Positions 23,262-34,750 of a DNA stretch of 64,000 bases are shown one piece after another. Position 1 is the first letter of the stretch; every line of letters starts with the position of its first letter. Below the pieces are notes generated by a model. The model had not been told where the DNA came from. It saw nothing but the letters and a program-made list of their open reading frames with translations, and did not search any database. The translations under genes were made by a program, and so were the position numbers. This DNA is from Minutocellus sp. GHC0000111. Taxonomy: Eukaryota. The stretch is from the NCBI GenBank assembly GCA_977018835.1, contig OZ361258.1, positions 3,596,001 to 3,660,000 of the forward strand, written 5' to 3'.

Positions 23262-24755
23262 TAGAGTGATTTCACGAGAGAGCAGACACCCCCTCCGCGA
23301 TGTTTCGTAAACATTGTACCAACTTCCTTTTATTGATGATCCGTACTCAGAAGGGTATTGTAGACCATAATCAACAATAAAAGGAAGTTGGTACAATGAT
23401 CTTGGTGCTCTTTTAGCACATGATATAGATACGGTATTAGAGTGTTTCTTTTGGTACACTATTGTTTGAAAATTTATTTTTATGTCGTAGAATACACTTG
23501 TGCTGTTTCAAGAAAGAAAAAATACATCAAACTTTATAACGAAACAAAACCCATTTCGTTCAACGAATGGGGCCACAACATGTGTCGCCGACGTGCCTCC
23601 CATTGAGAACAATCAAGACTACGGGGCACCATACCCTTGTAATAGCCTTTCACAACACTGTGGTGCAGCAGGAGACTTGCAATTACTTTTTTGAGCCTTG
23701 AAAAATTCGTTCGCGTTAGACCCGATTTTTTCGACAGTTTCCGACGTTCCATCACGACCATGTTCGCCCGATGTACAGCACCACCCCGGCCATCGCATAC
23801 ACTCTGACCACCTAGATGCCTTCCTGAATATTACTGGAAGGGATTTTTGGGCGATAGCGGTGCGTCGGTGCGTGCCTGTACCGCGAAATGTGGCCCAGCG
23901 CCATTACCACCCCCATTACACCACCCATCCGAAAGTTGGTCCGGATGCTTTTATGCGGTCCATGCACCACTTCCGTTGCACTGAGCCGTCGACGCTTCAC
24001 CCATATATATACCAAGCGCATTTGAGTGGGGGGTGGTGGCATTTCTTGACAATTCATAGAGAAAACTATTCCCAAAGTCCCGTGTCTGATGTCGGCACCA
24101 GATTTCACCTTCATTGCTTCTGCCGCCCGAGAGGAACGAAACCGGAGAAAGCGGCCAAACCAACACGTGAGATCGATGGATGTAATATAGAATGAGCATC
24201 GTGCGTGCTGATATTGCGTGAAGGAACAGTGGTTGAGGCTTGAAGGGGGTTGTAGTTGGGGATTTGCTACTTTCAGATGTTTTTGCTTTCCATGGTGACG
24301 GCCACAATGATACAAAGATGGGGCCCAATATCGACCCTCTGGCGCAAACTTGCTCCCAATATTACCCAAGTGAAAGTAATGCCGGTCAGGGAGGATTGAA
24401 ATGGATGTAGACAAGCATCAGCCATCATTCTTTGCCATTTTAAAATATTGAAAATTTCTGGGCATGAGGAGATGTTGCTAAAATAGCACATGATGTACGA
24501 ATGAGTTTGCTTTCAAGTATGCAATACTCACCTAACGCATGTAGTTGGCGTATACATCGGTTGGCTTGGAGTTATTTATCGTTATACCATCATTTGGTGG
24601 CCTTCTTGTGGAGATGAATTCTCCTTGCTTTCGCCGTGTTGAGAGAGGCCATTTAGTGGGTTCATTTTTGCGCTGCATAAAGTATCGCACAAAAAAATTT
24701 CCTAGTGCCTTACTATTTACGGCGATTTTGTCGGCGGTCTCGTGGAATCACTCTG
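23262..24755. mobile_element. ~1.5 kb non-autonomous TIR element (Tc1/mariner-like ends)
   Basis: tagagtgatttcacgaga (23262-23279) matches the reverse complement of 24738-24755, cagagtgattccacgaga, at 16/18. The right end is followed by TA. The interior is AT-richer with no credible ORF. Confidence 0.65.
23312..23398. repeat. 29-bp inverted repeat (1 mismatch) with a 29-nt spacer
   Basis: cattgtaccaacttccttttattgatgat (23312-23340) pairs with atcaacaataaaaggaagttggtacaatg (23370-23398). Confidence 0.95.
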
Positions 24756-24900
24756 TAGGCCTAGCTAGGTACGGACTCGTCGTACTACCGGTAGCTACGT
24801 ACATGTACGTAGCTACTCTAGACTAGAGTACATGTACCGGTAGACGTGGCTGCTGCTGCTGCGCCGCTATGTAGGCCTAATCCCTAGGCCTAGCCGCCGC
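24755..24900. repeat. Cluster of TA-bounded short palindromes (TAGGCCTA, TAGCTA, TACCGGTA, TACATGTA, TACGTA)
   Basis: Reads gtaggcctagctaggtac...taccggtagctacgtacatgtacgtagctactctagactagagtacatgtaccggta. Similar clusters occur at ~1064-1100, 16485-16525, 17778-17805 and 42990-43032. Confidence 0.85.
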
Positions 24901-25287
24901 CGCTGGCCTTGGGTGGTGGCTCGGCTGGCGACTTATTCGACTCAAAAATCGAAAAAAGGCCGGCCGAGGTTTTTACATCATGTAGGCCTAGGACACGGCT
25001 AGAGATGAGAAGGGCCGCAGTTTTTACATCGATCACATGACGTGGGCGGCCTCTTGCAACTCAATATTTTCTCCTCAAAAGCCATTTCCTGTACTGTTTT
25101 GATGGCCTCCTGCTCCCGCGCACTTTTTCCGTCAATGTGCGTGCACGACGCTGGCGATGGCGGCCACTTTCTCTCAATCTCTGACTCAATCCGCTTTCCG
25201 ACCGGCCGAACCGGCCATGCCATATTTAATAGTCAAACCATCGCTCCGGCCAAACAATATCACACATAGATCAGCAATAATGACGAC

Positions 25288-27170
25288 ATGACTTCAGTTC
25301 CTCCTCCTCCATCCGCTGCCGCCGCCGCCACTGCCGGTGCTGCTGCTGCTGCTCCCATCTCCGCATCATCCGGCGTCTCGAACGATGACGACGACGGGGA
25401 CCTTCGCAAGGTGCCGTTCTTTACCGCCGAAGAGGAGCTGCAGGAGATTGCCTCTCTGACCATCTCGGACATTGCCAAGATCCAGTCGGACCTGTCGGGC
25501 CTATCTTCGGTCCTTGTGTCTCTCCAGCCGTCGTCTTCGGCGGCATCTGGCCCTGGCGGCGCTGCTTCGCTTTCGGCACAAGCAGTCGGTATCGCCCAGA
25601 CCAACATTGAGCTATCTCGGCTGCCGCAGTCGTCCACCGCGGCGTACTACCGGGTCGTCGAGCGGTGTCCCAGTGAGGCAGGTCCCGACAGGACGCTCAT
25701 GTTCCTCGAGGCCGAGAATCACGACCCCAAAGCGGCGGCCGTCAAGCTGGCCAAGTACTGGGAGGCCCGCGTCGCGCTGTTCGGCGAGGACAGAGCCTAC
25801 CTGCCCATGACTCTGGGGGGTGCCGTGAAGGAGGAGGCGATGAATCTGGCAACGCGGCGCATTTGGCAGCTTTTGACGGCCACGGATGCGGCGGGAAGGG
25901 CCATCCTGTTCTTGACTCCTTCTAGACGAAACTTTGCCGAGTACACCATCGAGCAGGAATTTGTACGTCGCGATAAATCCGTGTATGGCTTACTCGTCGT
26001 ATCAATTTATTCATGGCCCGTGCCATCACACAATTCTCACCACTACATGCTTCATTATTGTTCTTTTCACGCCCGCCTCTTCCCCAGATTGGATTTTGGT
26101 ACTTGATGGAAACGATTTGTCAAGACCCGAATCTTCGGAAGCGGGGGTACATCATTTTGACTGATCCAAGAAGTACAACACTGCAAAACGGCAACAAGAA
26201 GAGCCTGCAATTGTTCTCCCTGATTACATCTGTTATGCCCACTTCTGTCAAGGGAATTCATATGTGTTACACAAATGCCATCGTGACTCATCTCTTCATC
26301 CCGGTCGTCAAGCGGCTCCTTCCGACGGAATATCGACTTCGGCTCAAGGTTCATTCTGGTTCGACCAATGAGGTCCTCACCAGTCTGTCCGGCTACTGTC
26401 TCCCACCGGACCGAGTTCCGACGGACATGGGTGGACTTCTCGTCGTGGACAATCCGGCTTGTATGGTCAAGAGACTGGCCCTGGAGACGGTGCGGCAAAA
26501 CCCTCTCATGGCATCGTCGGCCCTGGCGGGGCTGTCCCTCCCGGTGCCGGTATCGACCACAACTTCTTCGCTTGTTGCTGCCGCGGCCGCTCATCTACAG
26601 CAGCAACAGCAGCAGCAGAGCGGCGGTACGCTGGGGTTCCCCGTAAATGTAGCGACGTTGTCGGGCAATGGAACCGGCGGCGGAGTTGGCGCAGTTGCTC
26701 CACAGGTACCAGCCAGTGTCGGCGTTGTCAGCAACATTCCTCCCGCCGGGAGCAACGGCACCGGTCACTTCTCTGATCTGACAGATCGACAGCTCTACTA
26801 CAGAATTGTTCAGGAGAGACAGACCAATTCCACCGGTCGCAGGGCCGACCCTAGGATGAACCGCGCCCTGGTGCTTTCGTTGGAGGACCCGAACCTTCCC
26901 CGGCTTGATGCCTTGGTTGCGGGAGGATTCCAATTCGGTGCGTCCCATGCAGAGCTGGAAATGGTCAGCCCCACGGCCATTAAGGACAGCGAGAACGTTT
27001 CGTTGCGCCAGAGGAGGGACCAACTCTCGAGACGTCTACGTGAAGTTAGGAAATGGATCAAGCAAGCGCGAGACAGTGGTACCTTAGTGAATGACCATGG
27101 TAACGAGGCGGCGGCGAATGCTGGTAGCAGCGCGGAAGCAGCAAGTGCATTACTGCATATGCAAAGATGA
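25288..27170 (+). CDS. CRAL-TRIO (Sec14-like) domain fused to a diatom-type C-terminal DPRM...LSRRLR domain; 1 intron
   Basis: FLEAENHDPKAAAVKLAKYWEARVALFG, DAAGRAILF, PTSVKGIHMC, RLRLKVHSG, VPTDMGG. Intron 25963-26087 (GTACGT...CCCCAG). C-terminal DPRMNRAL...LDALVAGGFQF...DSENVSLRQRRDQLSRRLR. Confidence 0.85.
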
Positions 27171-27268
27171 AGAGAACGGGATTATTGATAACTAGACTCA
27201 TATCAGTACGTAGTAACATTTGTCAAAAGACTAGGTGGCCCTACATACAACACAATACGTGTTCTGCC

Positions 27269-30200
27269 TTAGAAGGACCTCAGATTTCCCGGGTGAATTG
27301 TTGGTACCTGATCGTTTGCAGGCGGAGAGGACAAGAGGCATTGGTTGAGGGGATCGCTGGCTTTGGCGAAGCCCACATGCAATGGGGCAGCTGAAGGAGG
27401 CGTAGAAGCAGGAGGGAGCAAAAGAGCGGCCCCAAGAAGAGGGAGAATATATCGAAGAACCCAAGGTGCCGATTAGCCCCGGCGCTTCCGTGGCTTTCGT
27501 GGCTTCTTCCCCTCGGTCTGGGCTTCGCCCTCAAACTCGATGAAGAAGGGAAGGAGGTGATCAGGCTCTCTTTCCATATCCAATTGGGCGGTATCGATAG
27601 GGCTGTCGACTGATTCATTCTCATCGCCGCCGTGTAGGATCTCTCTTAGATCAATATTTAGGCTGTGGACATACTCTTCTTCCTCGTCGTATGATACGCT
27701 TGACATGAAGATGGGGCGTGCGAGGATGTTGCCTGGCTCCTTTCTGAAGATTGACTCGGATCCAGTGAGGTAGCCCTGTTGCGAGCAAGGAAAATTCCCT
27801 TGGTCCTGTGCACCGAAGACAATACTGCGGGCGTCTTTACTAATGCAGCCCTCGTTGGCTTGTTTGGCGGTGTCCGTTGGGTTTTCGAAGAAGAAGGGCG
27901 TCAACGCCAAAACGGTTGGTTCTTTGTCAGTACAAATGGAGCTCTGCGGTGAACGATTCTCTTGTGGAGTTTCGTCCTGACCAAAGAGAAGACTGTGGAA
28001 GGCGCGAGGAGGGCGGGGGCTTTCTGAGAGAAAACCGATCGAGTTAGTATCTTCTCCTTCGATCGCTTGAGAAGCCTTTGCCGATTCCAAATAGAATGGC
28101 ATCGTCGCCAAGATGGTCGATTCGTTGGCATCATTGGAAAGTGCGGGATTCTGGGGTGAAATGATGCCGTTGCAGTCAGAATCTTGGCCGCCATAGACCA
28201 GTGAATGCGCTGGAGGAGCCTCGATGCTTCTTGTTGAGGAGAGCGCCCCGGGAGATTCCCAGTAAAATGGCCTAGTTGCCAACACCTCGGGCTCTTGGAC
28301 CATCGCATCCTCACGCGAAGGAGAAAAGGAGGAAGAAGGGGTCGACACATCTTGAGCTCCAAATATGGCGGAATGGACCATCCAGGGACGGGTCGATATG
28401 TTATTCCCTGCTGCTGCTTTCTCCATTTTGGCTTCGGCACCAAGCACATTAGCAAGGTCTAGCTTCTTCGGAGAGGAGCCACTTACGCTTGCCTTGTACC
28501 GCGTAGCACCCATGGCGGGTGTCAGAAAGAAGGTCGGCGTAGAACCTGGGTTTGTCTTATCAGGGACAACAGCGTCGTCACTTGGATGGTCGGGCGTCGA
28601 GAAAACTTCCTCTTTGTCATTGTAGGCCCGGATGACCCCCCAGTCGCATGAACTAAGGCTCTCATCATCGCGGGGAGGGCGAATGACGTCGCTCGAGCGG
28701 CTTGATGTCGGCTCTTCATGCTTCCGTTGACTCCTCACCGGTGGCGTGTCCATAGGCATCGGATATTCAACGGTCTCGACGCTGCTCTCCTGGAGAATAT
28801 CGGTAGACATACTGCTGCTGCCAGGGCTCGTCCCCCGAACAGCAGTGACATCGGGCTTGGCCGGAGAATCTTGAACCTGTCCCATCGATCCAGCTCCCCT
28901 GGAGACTTCGTACACCTCCAGTACTTTGCTGCCTGGCCCTGTCGTCTCGCTCTGCGTCTCATTTTCGTCTTGGTACTTTCGACCAATCTTGTGTCGGGTT
29001 TGAGCGGTCTCCCTCGCCAACGACAATTGGTGTGCGAGAGCACCTGAATGGTCGATATCTTCTGCCCACTCAACCCCTGAGACGGCAGAACCCGGGGACT
29101 TCTTGTTGGGGCCGAGGCCAGTACTGCCTTTGTGACAGGTCGTTTTCGCGATTTGTTCGGATGCCTTTTCAATGCCATCGACGCCTGCTCCGACGTTGAC
29201 GTGCGGTTCTGAGTCGGATCCAATGGCTCCGATATCGACATCGAAGTCAGCACTCGTTTGATCCTTGCCTGTACGGCTTGCTTCTTCCTCTTCGCCACCG
29301 CTAGTGCAGAGGTTCTGATCGCCGTCTTGCTGCGCATGAGCCAAATCAAATTCATCGTCATCCACTGGACTGGAGCCATCCGAGCTTCCTTCGGAAGAGG
29401 AGAAAGTCTTCGTTGTTCCATTTCGACGGGCGTTGATGATGACATCATCCCTATTTTTCGGTTTCACGAGCTCGTCGCCAGTGTTGAGACGATCATTACC
29501 TTGGGACACTTCGTTGTCATGGCACGAGGATTTCGAAGACGGTGAAAGAGTCTGACCATCTTGTTTGCCCACAAATGGAGTTTTGCTTGAAGCAAGGGAC
29601 GATACCTCGGAAGACGAATCGCTCGTGACTTAATCGTCATATCTCCTCTCATCATTACCATCCTCTTCTACCTTCAAATCATTCTGCTCGCGGTTATGGC
29701 GAAGAAGATGATCGGAAGTCAAGGGAAGGACGGCTACTTCTGTCTGAGTGAAACGAGTTGACTCGCTTATGGATGACATTGTGGTGGCGCTCTCAAGGGC
29801 GGTGGAGCGGTCGTCAAGAATCAGATTGGGGTCCTCAAAGACTATATCAACACCGACGATGGCTTGACTCTCATCGTCCTGCGCTAATATCGCCCAATAA
29901 TCGTCGACGCACTCGATATGACAAGGGAAGGAGACGCCGATAACTGTTTCGTCCTCATCATCGACGTTGCACAACGGTAGGAAATCGCTGCGACCCCGCT
30001 GAAAACGTTCCTTGTCAGCCAGAAGCCGGACACCGTCAAGCAGATCCTCTGCGAATTTCCTTCCTTCTGAATTCTGTTGACTCATAGAGTGGAATCCGCC
30101 CCCATGGAGTGCAAGAGAGATGGAACCAATAAAGGGAACGCCATCGGGACCCCCAACTTTTCGGCCATTTTCTGCGCCCTCCATCTTCTTGATTTCGTCC

Positions 30201-33200
30201 TCATCCAAAACACCTTGGTTTTTGAAGCCGGAGACTCTCGATTTGCGTGGGCTGAAAACGCTGAAGGTCAGAGAGGGATCTGACGCGAATAACTCTTTGA
30301 GCGGGCCCTTCTTAGCATCCTCGTGACGTAGTTCGATTCGGATACCTCGAAGATCGGCAACAGTATCGCGGAGGATACCTCGAGAAGACGATGACCTCCG
30401 CGAAGGGAAATCATCCTCGACCACTACTGACGTCCAATTCCCAATGGCCACAGCGCCTGGAGTCTCCATAACTTTCCCTCGGAAAGGTAAATACTGGTCG
30501 AGAGGATGGTTGTCGGCATTCTCCAGCTCGGACTTGCCTCCGCCAACTCCTTCGATGAGGCAAAAGCAAGATGCTGTCCCGGCATCCGATCCTGGTAGCT
30601 CATTGCAACTGAAAGTCATCGGTCGATGGCAGACTCTCTTTCTGGCACGACTCTCGTAGGTGCGCTTATTTGGAACCTTGGGAGGACCCTCGGTACGACT
30701 GCTCAGTTCCTCGTGCTTGCGCTTAGCCGTAGTTCTTGCCGTGCGAGTCCTCGGAGTTAGATTGCTTGGTCCAGAGGCGTTGCGATTGGCGGATGGTATG
30801 AGCCGTTTCGTTTCCTTTGTACCCACGGTAGAAGCAGATTTGATAATACTACTTGGTCTATCGTCAAGAGACTTGCGAAGAGCCGGACGCCGTCGGCCGA
30901 TGGAGGATGAGGATACGTTACGAGAGCTGGGCTTGTTCTTCGAGGAGAAATTCACGACGCCAGCATCGACGGTACTGGCGTACTAAAGTTCATCGATCTG
31001 GGCCCTCTCGGCGTTGCTTTCTTCATCTTCTTCCATAGGCTGACTCTGTACCTCTGTCTCGCCGGTGCTCATGATACCAATATCTTCGGGCAGACCGAAC
31101 GATCCTTCCAAACCAGGAGAATCGACGTTCTCCACCATCTTGCCTTTGTCTCGGGCTTGCTGGTCCTGAATTGTCCTCAATGGGCTTTTACCAGAGCCCT
31201 TGAGAATCTTCTTTGACTTCGAAGAACCTATTTGTCTTGAGAAGAACTGGAGAGGTGTGGAGCCGGGGCTTGCGTCGGTCAAAAATGATCTGACCCTGGC
31301 TTTGTCTTCGAAGCTCAAATCTCGATCCAAAAAGAGCGGAGGGGCTTGACTTCCACCTCTCCTCTGACTGCCACCGAGACCGACGCTGCTGCCCCTCCTC
31401 ACCGACTCGGATATCATGGGCTTCAGGGACGACATGACCATTGTGTCTGTGCTCCTGATCTTGCGTTTGGAGCCGTTGGAAGTGCCCGGAAAAGTCCAGT
31501 TGGCAAAGGAGCATACCGTCTCACTGGAACCGTTCAGAGGATGAGCAGAACGCACCTTGATGATGAGATCACTAGGACGGATCTTTGCTGAATTGCGATC
31601 ATTCGCAAGAGATGGCGTGGCCGCATCTCGAATCGACTTGTTGGAGTTGTGGTACGTCGCTTTGTACTGTTCTCCATGCGGCAATTTGGAAAAGAACGGT
31701 AAAATGAGGGACGGTGAGGGAATCTATACCGCAATACGAAGAACATTCGGCCAGGCCAACAATATCAACCAGTCATTAGAGGCAATGCAACCATAATCAA
31801 ATCTTACCTGAATGACAAAGAGACGATGCTCATTGGCAATTGATTGTAATTCTGCAACTCCTCTCCACTTGAGTTGCAACATAGATCCGAGAGGGGCGAC
31901 ACTTTCTTCAGTTTCCTCTTCGCCCGAGGAGGCCGATGATATAATTCCACTGACATCTCAGCCTCTTTCACCTCGCTACTGTCGACATTCTTCGTCTTTC
32001 TCATATCGCTCTCGCTTGCGATACTACTACGACTCTCGCTACTGGAGCTGGAGGCATCACTGCTCTCACCCCCCAAGCCGTTTCTTCGAGAAGACGAGAC
32101 GCTCGAGCGACCCATCTTTCTTCTCTTCTTATTGGACTCCAGGGCATTCTTCCCTTTCTTCGCATTCTTCTGTCGCGTCCTTTCCTTTCTATGACTGCTC
32201 AGATACTCTCCAAGAGCATCGAGATATGCAACTTCGTTACCTTCGCGGTTGAGCTGTCGAATGCGCCGCAGCTCTGTCCCATCGCGCCGGGCCCTCTCGG
32301 ACATACGTTCCATCCGCTTCTCGGTCTCCGTTTCGGCGACGTATTCCGGAAGGCGACCCTCCTTTTCGTCAAGTGCAACTTGGCGCCAAGCCAAGTCCAT
32401 CAGGGTGGGTCGCTTGGGACGGGGGCGGGCAGCCGTAGAGCTACTGGACCGATTCTGGACATGGGCAGAAGACGAGGCCTCGCTCTCATCATCGGCAAAG
32501 ACCGCAGCATCGAAGTCATCATCATCTTCTTCATCATTGTCACCATCGTTCTCCATTCCACTGGCAGCTAATGGTAACGAGGTAGCAAAGGACAAGCGCT
32601 TCTTGGTCGAGCGCAGCGTCGTCTCCTCCGCCTCGGTATCAATCGTCAGCTCATCCTCCTTCTCCTTGTCATCGCCATGGACTGCAGAAGCCTGGGCGCG
32701 GCGAGCATTGGTAGATGGCGAGGGCAAAATGGCATCCGCACCCAACCTGCTCCTGCCCCTGGCCTTGGTCTGCTTGGTTCGGGACGCCGCTGCCGCGGAT
32801 GCGGACGGTGTCCTGTATGCACTTCCACTACTACCACCGTTGCCGCCATCGGGCGGGGCGATACTAGTATTGCCAGCAGTGGACGGTGCCAACGCCGCCC
32901 TCCGACGCGAGGCCGAGGCCTTGGCTGAGGGTGCTCCCGAACCCGATACGGCCGATGCCGAGGATCCCGCCGCCAACCTTGCCAGGACGCCGGCCGTCCC
33001 ACCGATGGGACGGATGGTACTGCCGGCAGCAGCCACCTCTTCTTGGGACGTTCCCAACCCAGCAATAGTCTTGCTCTTGCGCAGGATACTAGTTGGCGGT
33101 GGAGGACGACGGGTCACATCTGCTGCTGCTGCTACTTCATCACGTGCCGATTGGACACGCGTATCATCCACTTTCATCATCTTCTTCTTCGTCTTCGTCT

Positions 33201-34038
33201 TCTCCTCGTCATCATCGCTGCCCTCGCTGCTGCTGCCCATGCTGCCGCTGCTCCGCTGGCGAGGGACGATGGCCACGGACGGCCCATCGCCGGAGATGGT
33301 CACCCGGCGTCCCTCGTTATTCTTTGTCCTCCTCCTTTTCGTCGTCGTTGTGTTCTTCTTGGCATCCTCCTTCCCCTCGTCGACCACGGCCTTGGCAGTG
33401 GCGGTTATGGCGGTGACGACGTCAATTCTCTTCCGGCTCTTCTTGGGAGGAGGCGGCCGCCGTCCAGATCTGTTGCTGCTGCTTCCAACCATTGCCTTTG
33501 TCGCCGTTGTCCCACCCGCCTGCTGTTTCTGCTGCTGGTGATGATTCTCATTCTCGTTCTCATTCTGCTTCACCGTTGTTGCCATTGCACCGGTGCGAGC
33601 ACCTGCACTTGCACCATCTGCTGTAGCTGCTGCTGCTGCTGCTGCAGTACCGCCCAAGGACGAGGACGAGGTGCCACCTTTATCACCCTCCTGCTTCTGC
33701 TTCTTCTCCTGCTGCTGCTGCTGCTGCTGGACGTCCACATTCGTCGTCCTCTTGGCATTCATATCGATGTCCTGCATAGTCTGCTTGGCCTGCATCTGCC
33801 GCCTCTTGCGGGCGACGACGAGGTACCGGCCGGCGTCGTCCGCAAAGGCATCGTCGCTGCTGCTGCTGCTGCTCGTCGAGGAGGATGAGGATGAGGAGGA
33901 GTCGTAGCCACCGCTTTTGCTGGTGCTCCGACGGCGACGCCCGTGATGTTGCTGCCGCCGAGAGACGAGGACGCCGTCGACGGCGGGGGGCGCCATGGGA
34001 GCAATGGCGGCAGAGGACGGCAAACTCATCTTGCTCAT
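27269..34038 (-). pseudogene. Giant (~2,200-codon) low-complexity gene split by three in-frame stops and an apparently mutated acceptor
   Basis: ORFs 30983-31684, 29630-30955 and 27473-29572 share one frame. They are separated only by single stops (TAG 30983, TAA 29630, TAA 27473), and the frame runs on to TAA 27269 through a hydrophobic segment. The intron donor AG|GTAAG is at 31807. Confidence 0.7.
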
Positions 34039-34750
34039 CTACTCCTGCGCTGCGCAGCTCGGTCTGCGAACGAATCTCTTCGTGATATGACCGAATGGAT
34101 GGACGAACGAATCGGCAGAATGAATCTCGCTCGTTCGGGGAGCAGATCGGATACTAGTAGGTGGCCCACCGCCAGCTGATGTTGGCAATGTGATGCCTGT
34201 CCACTGCACTGCCTCGTACAGAAGATTTGTTCTTTTGCTCGACCCTTGGCTGCTTCTTTGCTTGCTCGGCTCCGCTCCGTTCGCTCCGGCGCTCCCAGAA
34301 TCGCCTCGCTCACCAGATGGAGTAAGTTGATGAGATCGGGCCAGCCAAGCGGATGCAGTGCGGCGCAACGAACTACTGAGCTGCTGGTCAACCAAGCAAA
34401 GAGGCGGTCGCCCGTGGTGGTATCCGACGTCCCGGCAAGTCAGTCAAGCGCAGAGCGAGTGATCGGTAGCCTTCGGGGGACAAATCGGGGACGGATAGGG
34501 GATTCCCCAAAAGTGTACATTTGACTCGCTCGACTGTGATTTGAAGGCCAAGCACAAAAGCGAAAGCAAATGGGTTGCAAATAAATGGGCCTTGCGCCTC
34601 TGCCATCGCCAGCTGCCGCGGAAGGGACGAAAAGGCGCAAGAACACAACACATACGCACTCGCCGCATTCTGACTCACTTTCATCACTGTTCGTCATTCT
34701 TGGAGGATCTCTTCCATAATCGACCGCAAACGGATTAGATCAGATATAAT

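Noticed and set aside
33620..33900. (CTG)n / poly-Q/A/S tracts
   Set aside because: Ordinary coding microsatellites in a disordered N-terminus.
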